Shown here: in pieces, positions 57,084 to 64,000 of the stretch | Numbering within the stretch: position 1 is the first letter of the stretch | Layout: each line of letters opens with the position of its first letter | Assembly (NCBI GenBank): GCA_965217585.1 | Contig: OZ244561.1 | Span: forward strand, 4,704,001-4,768,000 | DNA length: 64,000 nucleotides | Origin: Candidatus Latescibacterota bacterium | Lineage (GTDB): Bacteria; Latescibacterota; UBA2968; UBA8231 | Reading direction: 5' to 3' | Program-made: the position numbers and the translations under genes | The notes under the pieces: generated by a model | Seen by the model: the letters and a program-made list of their open reading frames with translations, nothing else | Databases searched by the model: none | Told to the model about the DNA's origin: nothing

Positions 57084-58994
57084 CTAGTTTCCGTATAGCG
57101 GGTGCCCCTGCCCGGGGAACCAAATCATATCGATGCAAAAGGACAGGCCAATCCCGGTAAAGTACCCGAGGATGAGGCCAATGAAAAAGGGCTGGGCACG
57201 CTGGTAGAGGCCGATGCCGCCCGAGCGCATGATGGCCCATTTGGCCAGCCAAGAGACGAAGATCGAAAAGACGATAATGGTCATGGGGTAGGAACAAATG
57301 CCGACCGGCATCCCAATCGGGTGCAGGGGCCACCACGGGAAGCGGTAGCGCATAAAGGTCAGCAGTCCCATTGCGCCCGCGCCACTGACGAGGTGGCCCA
57401 ACCGCGTCCAATCCGGGGCCTTGAGGTCGATTTTGCGCAGGCTTTCCACGTAGGGCACTTGCGATCCCGTGCCGAAGATCCAACCCCCGTAATTGTACGC
57501 GCCAAAGGAGTAGCCCATGTAGAGCGCGAAGGCCATGGAGACGACGAGGGCCACCAGCGCCGAGAGGAGGATGTAGAAGCTCAGCCAGCGGCGGTTGCCG
57601 CGGATGTAGCCGGACACTTTGGCGCTGTTGGCCGCGGCGACCATGAAAAAGCCCTTGAGCTCGTGGTGCCAGCCGTAGGACAGCCCCATGGCGATGTTAC
57701 TCTGCGCGGTGGCGTGCGGCCCGAGCGCGTAGCCGACGAAGGTCTGGCCGACTAGCGGGGCGCGGCTGAAGAGCAAGCCGCCCTCCATGATGATGCGCGT
57801 AATGCCGACGTAGAGGACCAAGGTGGCCAAGATGAAGAGCGCGACCGTGGGCGGGTTCATGCCGGCTCGCCACATCCAGAAGGCGATATAGAGCAGGGCC
57901 AGGCCGCCGCCAAAGACGATCATCCGGTAGGACATCAGCTCGTCAGAGTCGTCGATGTCCGCATCGTTGCGCACGGCTTTGCGCCAGATCGCGCCGAGGT
58001 GTCCGCGCGCCATCCACAACATGCCGACGACGAGGGCGATCAGCGCGCCGAAAGACTGCCAGCCGATGCCAGGGTGCCCGAGGGTGTACACGTCGCGGCC
58101 GGCAATGGTGTAGCCAAAGCGGTTGAATAGGCCCTCTTGCAGCATGGTGAGCGTGGTGAAAAACCACATGCTGAAGGACACGTCGAGATTGACGAAGTAC
58201 GTGAAGCCGACGATGGCCCAGTTGATATTGGTATTGATGGCGGGAAATTCGCGGCCAATGCGGATGGGGTCGGACAGGTCGCGTGGGATGGGTGGAAAGG
58301 CCGGGGTAAAGTACGTGACTACATTCCACATAACCATGCAGAAGGGCAGGGCAAAGCCGAACCAGAACGCCTTTTGGCGCACGAAGCTGGGCCAGTTAGA
58401 GCCGCGCGGCGGGGCGATGAGTTGTTGGGGCAATTCCATCAGGGCGAAGGGCAGGCGCTCGTATTCGACCCACTGCTTGCGCAGGGCCGCGACCAGACAC
58501 TGACACAAAAAGAAGATGGCCATCACCAAGCTGGTCCACCAAAAAAACGGACCTATCCAAGCACCCCAAGGGATGGATTCGCCCGCGGGCAGGCCGTTGT
58601 AGAACCACTTGAGGGCAATCGCGTCGTTGGGCACCAGCCATTCCTCGATGTACTGCACTACTTTGCTCTGCCACTGATTCTCGGGCGAGGCAAAGTACTG
58701 GGGGGCGGCGACGACCGCGATCATGTATGTGGAAGTACCCCAGGTGGGAATCGAGGCCCCCACCAAGGACATAGTGAAGATGAGGCCGAGTTCGCTGGTG
58801 CCTAGGCCGCGCACTTTTAGCAGCGACTTGGCCGTGGCGTTGAGAAAGACCAAGCCGGTAAAGAGAAAGACCACGCTCAAGGGCAGGTAGCTGATCGCCC
58901 ACTGCGAGGACTTGAGGATGAACATGCTGTACGGAGCCCCGATGTTGATCAGGACCACGAGGCCCAAGCCGATGAGAAAGGCGCGTGCGGTCAT
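57084..58994 (-). CDS. DUF6785/DUF6784-type polytopic membrane protein
   Basis: LRKQWVEYERLPFAL, WWPLHPIG and GG..LY....PFFIGLILG. Paralog of 39114..41078. Confidence 0.75.
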   Translation of the reverse strand: MTARAFLIGLGLVVLINIGAPYSMFILKSSQWAISYLPLSVVFLFTGLVFLNATAKSLLKVRGLGTSELGLIFTMSLVGASIPTWGTSTYMIAVVAAPQYFASPENQWQSKVVQYIEEWLVPNDAIALKWFYNGLPAGESIPWGAWIGPFFWWTSLVMAIFFLCQCLVAALRKQWVEYERLPFALMELPQQLIAPPRGSNWPSFVRQKAFWFGFALPFCMVMWNVVTYFTPAFPPIPRDLSDPIRIGREFPAINTNINWAIVGFTYFVNLDVSFSMWFFTTLTMLQEGLFNRFGYTIAGRDVYTLGHPGIGWQSFGALIALVVGMLWMARGHLGAIWRKAVRNDADIDDSDELMSYRMIVFGGGLALLYIAFWMWRAGMNPPTVALFILATLVLYVGITRIIMEGGLLFSRAPLVGQTFVGYALGPHATAQSNIAMGLSYGWHHELKGFFMVAAANSAKVSGYIRGNRRWLSFYILLSALVALVVSMAFALYMGYSFGAYNYGGWIFGTGSQVPYVESLRKIDLKAPDWTRLGHLVSGAGAMGLLTFMRYRFPWWPLHPIGMPVGICSYPMTIIVFSIFVSWLAKWAIMRSGGIGLYQRAQPFFIGLILGYFTGIGLSFCIDMIWFPGQGHPLYGN

Positions 58995-59065
58995 GTCGGC
59001 GGTCCGGTGCAGTGCTGTCTGCCCTCAGTACTGGTTAGAGACGGGGATTTGTTGTTTTGGCTTTG

Positions 59066-60085
59066 TCATGGATTTTCTCCTCTTGCTCGGGTGCCTCTCT
59101 CCCTCCCGCGGGCGGTGAGCCGATACTTTTGGTTTTTCGCGGTGGGCGATTCGGGGCGGGTCATTTCCACCAGCCCGGCGGATAAGGCCGGGCGAATGTA
59201 GTTTTTGCGGAATGCAGGACGATGCGACAGTCCCATAGCCGCCATGAGTTCAGCGGCGGTTTTCGGGCCTGTCCGCAGGGCCGCGAGTAGCCGCGCTACT
59301 TGGTCGCTTACTTGGTCGCTTACTTGGTCGCTTACCGTGGAGGACTGGAGAGCCGCCAGAATAATCTCCAGCATGAACGCAATGAACGGCGTACTCTCGC
59401 CCGCTGCCGAACTTTGCCTAATGGCTTCGTAGTAGTCGCCTTGGCGGGCATGAGCCAGACTCTCTACCGGGATGTGGGCGAACAGGGCTTTCCAGCGGGT
59501 CAGAATCAGAGTCTGCCAGAGCCGCCCCATCCGTCCATTGCCGTCCTCAAAGGGGTGAATGAACTCAAACTCATAATGGAAGACCGAACTGGCAATTAGC
59601 GGGTGCTCATCGGTACTGCCCAGCCATGCCAACAAGTTTGCCATGAGTTGCGGTACGCGCTGGGCGGGCGGCCCGATGTGATGGATTTCGCCGCCGCCCA
59701 TAACGCCAACGCCGGTGCGGCGGTACTGTCCGGGCGCATCCAATAGGCCGGTCAGCAAAATTTCGTGAATGCGCAGAAGGTCGGCCTCACTGGCGGGGTT
59801 GCACTGCTGGTATTGATCGTAGGCTGCAATGGCGTTGCGGGCTTCCCGAATGTCTCTCAGCGGGGCAACGACGGGCTTGCCGTCGAGAATCGTGGAGATT
59901 TGCTCCTCGCTGAGGATGTTGCCTTCAATAGCGAGCGAGCCACAAATCGTGCGGATGCGATTGATGCGTCGCAGACGCAGATCCTGTGAAAGGCTCACTG
60001 CCTCGGCCCGGCCAATCGCTTCACCGATTTGTTCAATGCGAAAAAGGAGGTCCGGCGCGATGGTGTATGGTGGCTTTTCGATCAT
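59066..60085 (-). CDS. Fic family protein with C-terminal HTH
   Basis: Canonical HPFEDGNGRMGR, SLAIEGN inhibitory-like motif and C-terminal FRKNYIRPAL...KNQKY. Confidence 0.95.
   Translation of the reverse strand: MIEKPPYTIAPDLLFRIEQIGEAIGRAEAVSLSQDLRLRRINRIRTICGSLAIEGNILSEEQISTILDGKPVVAPLRDIREARNAIAAYDQYQQCNPASEADLLRIHEILLTGLLDAPGQYRRTGVGVMGGGEIHHIGPPAQRVPQLMANLLAWLGSTDEHPLIASSVFHYEFEFIHPFEDGNGRMGRLWQTLILTRWKALFAHIPVESLAHARQGDYYEAIRQSSAAGESTPFIAFMLEIILAALQSSTVSDQVSDQVSDQVARLLAALRTGPKTAAELMAAMGLSHRPAFRKNYIRPALSAGLVEMTRPESPTAKNQKYRLTARGRERGTRARGENP
59297..59335 (-). repeat. 12-bp x3 coding repeat (VSDQ)
   Basis: TACTTGGTCGCT x3, in the linker between the Fic and HTH domains. Confidence 0.9.
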
Positions 60086-60121
60086 ACAACCTTTCCCAAC
60101 AGTCGTCGCAGTCGCATAAAA

Positions 60122-63100
60122 CTACACCGCCTGCTGCCCAGCCCCGGCAAACGCCTTTTCCACCTCGTCATGATACCCTTGGCGGATCCCCGGCGACAGG
60201 GTGCGCCACACGAGGAATCGCTTGCGCAGCACATTGAGGAACTTGCGATTCATTCGCTGCCAAGAGGCCATGTCGCCGCTGAGGCGCTCGATGTGGGTCT
60301 CGATCTTGTAGATGTGGTGCTCGCCGGTGGGGGTCGCCTGCAGGCGCACCTGCTGGCTGATCCCTAGGTCGTAGGGCGCCAGCCAAGTGCGCATGGCAAT
60401 GGCGTAGGATGGCTCCGGCCCGTCTGCGGCGACGGCTAGCTCGACGTCGCGGGCGATGAAGTCGCCGATCGAGCCTTCGCCATACGCGGCGAAGACCGAC
60501 TTGAGGTACACGTACATGCTCGGCACCTCGGCCCCGCCGACTGTGAAGGGAAAGTCAAAGCGCCAGTGGTCGCCGACGGGCGGGGGGAATTGCCATTGCC
60601 GCGTCACGTCCGGGACGGCCATGTTGGCCGCCAAGCGCGCTGGATACAAGGTCGATAAATAAACTGTGCCGATGACGACGACCGTAGCCCACACCGCAGA
60701 GAGCGACGAGTAGTTGAGCGTCAGGCCGGCGAGCAGCCCGTATTGCAGCATGAACAGATGGGCGATTTGGCCTAGGGCGTAGCCGACCACCGCGCCAAAG
60801 GTGGCAAAGACCGTGGATTCGGCGAGAAACAGCAGGCCGATGTGGCTGGGGGCCAAGCCAACGACGCTGTAGATGCCGATTTCGCGCACGCGCTCATACA
60901 CGGCCCCCATCATGGTATTGAGCACGATCAAGGCGGCGATAATCACCGGCACCAAAAGCTGACCGGCCCCGCTTATTTCGGTGGAGCCGATCGAGCTGTA
61001 GGCCACGACGCGATCGCCTTGGCCGACGAACAGGGTCAGCGCCACCCGCGACATGAAGGATTCCACGCGCCGGACAAATTCCGGGTCGTCCGCGTCCGCA
61101 GCAATGGCGATGGAGCGCAGGCGGCCATCCATAGCGCGGACGCGCTGGTAGGGCAAGAAGAGGGTGTTGATTACTTCGAGGTGGTTGAAGGTCTCGACTG
61201 CGGTGGCGGCCAAGGCGCGCGGATCCTCGGTGCTCTCGCGGGTGATGAGACCGGCGTCTTTGACCGTATCTACGGGCGTTAAGCGCTCGCCATCGAGATC
61301 GACGACCTCTTTCAGGGCCGCGCTGTCGAACAGGCCGATGACTTGGTACTCCTCGCCGTAGAGTGTGATGGTAGCCGTGCCCACGTCCTCGGCCCCAACG
61401 CCGACGAGCGCGGCTAGGCTGTCGGGCAAGATGACGACCTTGTCGTCGCCCGCCGCGAAGAAGCGGCCAGCCGAAATGTGCGCGTCGAGGCCGGTGACCT
61501 CGGCTTCGGCTGGCTGTAGGCCCACCAAGCCGTGCGCGAAACTAGCCGCGCCGGTCGAAGTGACGGCAAAGTCGATAAAGGCTCGTTCGGATTCGACCGG
61601 CGACAAGTACCAGGCGCGCGGCACGACTAAGGCGCGGTCGCCGAATGCGCTCTGCACGTAGTCCAAGATGGAATCCTGCATGCCGCGCCAGGCGCGGTCG
61701 CGGATGAGGCCACCCTCGTACAGGGGCGGGGTGTCGCGCGGCAGGCGATAGAAGTCGAGGCTGGATTTGACCGAGGTAAAGGAATTGACGGTAAAGGTCA
61801 AAAAGGTCAGGGTCGCGGCCGTCAGTGCGGTGCGCAGGCGGCGCTTACTCAAGTTGGAGATGCCCAACAGCACGGCCGCAAAACCCGCGGCGATGCGCCC
61901 CACGTCGGTCTCGTGTACGCCCGCGGCCGCGCCCTTGCGCCGCTGCAGCAGCGCCTTGAAGCGCGCGACGACGATGAAGATGACGAGGACGCCCAAGGCG
62001 AGGATGACAAACGCGAGGAAGATGATGTACGGCGAGGAACTCAGCTTGAAGGCCGGATGGACGAAGCGCAGGATCAAAAACACGAGGACGAAGATGCCGA
62101 CAAAGCCGGCGATTTGCCGCCGCACGTCCGGGAAGCCGAAGAAGAAGCGCTCGCAGAAGAAGGCAAAGGGCAACAGCAGTGCGAAGTAGAAAATCACCGC
62201 GCGGACCGCGTCGTTGGCGGTAGCCTTGACTTCCGGGTAGATGCGGGCCTCCAGCCCGAGGGCGCGGCGCACCGCACGCTGGTAGCCGGTGTAATCGAAC
62301 GCCGCGAGTTTGTCGCGAGCCTCAAGCAGAGCCTCCCGCGCCTGATCGTGCATGGCCTGTAGCTGTTCGAGGACGATGCCGTGGCGCACCATTTGTTTGA
62401 TCCGCGCCTCGTCGAGGATCCAGATGTCGCGGGCCGCCTGCAATGCCGGGTAGGGAATGAGGCCTTGTTCGACTGGGAAGCCCGCGCCCTGTGCCCGCTC
62501 AATGGTCGCCAGATCGACACCGGCCGGATCGAGTTCGGCGAATAGGGCGGAGTCCGCGTTGGTGAGCATGTAGCGCACGCCGGCGAGCGCGCTCTCGCCG
62601 CCAAAGGCTCCTTCGCCAGCGAGGATTTTGACGCGGGTGCCCGGCTCGGCGAAGACCACGCCGGCCTGTACCACTCGATCCTGCACCGCGCTTTGGTTTT
62701 CGATGTAGCTGAGGGAAAAGGAGCGCGGCGGCGCGTCGTTGGTGCCGAGGACGTTGACGCGGTCCATGGCCGATAGGTAGCGCGGATCGACCACCTCCAA
62801 GAAGCTCAGGGCGCGGCAGCGAAACAGGACCTGCAACATGCGGTTTTCCCACCAGCCATACGGCTGGGTGCCCGGGTAGGTTTTGTCGCCTTCCTCGCCG
62901 AGGTCGGGCGCGGAGACGATGCGCCCGTATGCGTCGAGTTCAAAGGCTTGGATCCGGTTGGCAAAGCGGTTGCGCACGATGTCGAACTTGAAGTAGCCGC
63001 TCTCATCCCCGTGCGTGGCCATAAGGGTGCGCACGCCGGCCACGGAGTTGGGGCCGGGCTGGAGATAGGTGACGAGGGCGTTGGGCACCGGAGCCTTGGG

Positions 63101-64000
63101 CACGGCAAAATTCACGTCGCGGTCGAACCAGTAAATGTTGCCCGCTAGGCTGTGGCCCCAATCACGCAGGGTCAGCTTGGTGTCGTTGAAAAAGTCCGGG
63201 TCGGAAGCGGCCTTGAGCATCAGCCCGCCTATGGTGCGGGTCTGGGCGGCGAGGTTGTCGAGCGCGACGAATTCGAGCCGGTCGAGGGGCGTATCGACGC
63301 GCTGGCGCAGTTGGTTGGGCGTGACAAAAGAGAGCGCCTCCTTGCCCACGAAGGCTGCGGCCTCGCTGTCGAGGGCTAGCCGCACGGGCATGAAGTTTTT
63401 CCACACTCGCTTCTGCGGGGCCACGGCGTCTTGGTAGCGAGCCGAGTCGGCGAAAATCTCGCGGTTATAGCGGGCAAAGCGCGAGGCGTAGTGCGCCATC
63501 AGGTTCTTTTGATAGTCGTCGTTGCGCCAAGCCGAGTTGTAGAACGTGCCCATAGTGAAGCTGCCGACCTGGGGGCTGTGGCTGGCCAAGTCGAGGCCGA
63601 CGAAAAGGCGGAAGTCGATGCGTTCGGCGGGCGGGATCTGGTCGCGGAAATGCTCGCTTTTGCGCGCGTGGCGGTAGAGGAAATCGTTGACGCCGGCCAA
63701 GCCCTGAAAGTGCCCGGGGGTGGCCAAAAAGAGCACGGTGTAGCGGGTGCCTGCGGCGACGAGCAAGCGCGCGATTTCGAGCAGCGCCGCCATACCGGTC
63801 GCGTTCTCGGCCCCTGGGGCCAGCGCGGGGACGACTGAGATCGCGTCGTAGTGCGCTTGCAGGACGATGATTTGGTCGCCCCACTGCTGAATTTCGCGGC
63901 GCTGACCGCGCGGCATGTCCTCGGCCAAGCCGGGGAGGACGGCGAATATATTGCGCGCCTGGACCTGCTCCCAGTCCATGTGCGCTGCGAGATGCACCTC
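60122..64000 (-). CDS. large membrane protein: M28-peptidase-like domain plus FtsX/MacB-like ABC permease domain (5' partial)
   Basis: AHYDA...PGAENATG.AALLE (M28-like), a MacB-like periplasmic segment and VYERVREIGIYSVVGLAP (FtsX). The frame runs off the window end. Confidence 0.8.
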   Translation of the reverse strand, partial: EVHLAAHMDWEQVQARNIFAVLPGLAEDMPRGQRREIQQWGDQIIVLQAHYDAISVVPALAPGAENATGMAALLEIARLLVAAGTRYTVLFLATPGHFQGLAGVNDFLYRHARKSEHFRDQIPPAERIDFRLFVGLDLASHSPQVGSFTMGTFYNSAWRNDDYQKNLMAHYASRFARYNREIFADSARYQDAVAPQKRVWKNFMPVRLALDSEAAAFVGKEALSFVTPNQLRQRVDTPLDRLEFVALDNLAAQTRTIGGLMLKAASDPDFFNDTKLTLRDWGHSLAGNIYWFDRDVNFAVPKAPVPNALVTYLQPGPNSVAGVRTLMATHGDESGYFKFDIVRNRFANRIQAFELDAYGRIVSAPDLGEEGDKTYPGTQPYGWWENRMLQVLFRCRALSFLEVVDPRYLSAMDRVNVLGTNDAPPRSFSLSYIENQSAVQDRVVQAGVVFAEPGTRVKILAGEGAFGGESALAGVRYMLTNADSALFAELDPAGVDLATIERAQGAGFPVEQGLIPYPALQAARDIWILDEARIKQMVRHGIVLEQLQAMHDQAREALLEARDKLAAFDYTGYQRAVRRALGLEARIYPEVKATANDAVRAVIFYFALLLPFAFFCERFFFGFPDVRRQIAGFVGIFVLVFLILRFVHPAFKLSSSPYIIFLAFVILALGVLVIFIVVARFKALLQRRKGAAAGVHETDVGRIAAGFAAVLLGISNLSKRRLRTALTAATLTFLTFTVNSFTSVKSSLDFYRLPRDTPPLYEGGLIRDRAWRGMQDSILDYVQSAFGDRALVVPRAWYLSPVESERAFIDFAVTSTGAASFAHGLVGLQPAEAEVTGLDAHISAGRFFAAGDDKVVILPDSLAALVGVGAEDVGTATITLYGEEYQVIGLFDSAALKEVVDLDGERLTPVDTVKDAGLITRESTEDPRALAATAVETFNHLEVINTLFLPYQRVRAMDGRLRSIAIAADADDPEFVRRVESFMSRVALTLFVGQGDRVVAYSSIGSTEISGAGQLLVPVIIAALIVLNTMMGAVYERVREIGIYSVVGLAPSHIGLLFLAESTVFATFGAVVGYALGQIAHLFMLQYGLLAGLTLNYSSLSAVWATVVVIGTVYLSTLYPARLAANMAVPDVTRQWQFPPPVGDHWRFDFPFTVGGAEVPSMYVYLKSVFAAYGEGSIGDFIARDVELAVAADGPEPSYAIAMRTWLAPYDLGISQQVRLQATPTGEHHIYKIETHIERLSGDMASWQRMNRKFLNVLRKRFLVWRTLSPGIRQGYHDEVEKAFAGAGQQAV

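Noticed and set aside
57082-57483. 134-aa N-terminal extension of the 796-aa ORF 55093..57483
   Set aside because: It overlaps the upstream membrane gene in another frame. ATG 57081, just after that gene's stop, is the plausible start.
1-64000. tRNA (including tRNA-Sec), rRNA or riboswitch
   Set aside because: Intergenic gaps are short and none showed cloverleaf, T-loop or known aptamer motifs by eye. An Infernal/tRNAscan run would be needed to exclude them.

Overview
GC-rich bacterial chromosomal window with about 50 genes. It is dominated by catabolic and carbohydrate-active enzymes (beta-propeller and TIM-barrel glycosidase-like proteins, BNR sialidase-like proteins, nitrilases, PhyH dioxygenases, an enolase-superfamily enzyme, dehydrogenases). 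It also carries four FG-GAP/CRTAC1 (ASPIC-UnbV) proteins, a large modular secreted LRR/FN3/zinc-protease and several transporters. This gene mix resembles host-associated (for example sponge-type) candidate-phylum bacteria, but that is inference only. Small accessory genes are scattered between these: hicAB, vapBC, a PIN cassette, DUF6883/DUF4926, two Uma2 genes, Fic, AAA-DUF4143 and an ABC-ATPase-TOPRIM fusion, plus one complete IS with 17-bp TIRs. Main observations: (1) two CRTAC1/ASPIC ORFs are joined in frame by a TGA followed by a SECIS-like GGUC-loop hairpin, giving a probable 886-aa selenoprotein; (2) four separate insertions are each bracketed by a duplicated piece of the neighbouring gene with no integrase in the window, suggesting a recurrent gene-end-duplicating acquisition mechanism; (3) an uncharacterised operon couples an M28-like/FtsX permease to two OPT-like/DUF6785 membrane proteins; (4) an IS landed on the hicA stop codon; (5) one gene probably starts at CTG. 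No rRNA, tRNA or CRISPR array was recognised. All family assignments come from motifs read by eye, not from database searches.
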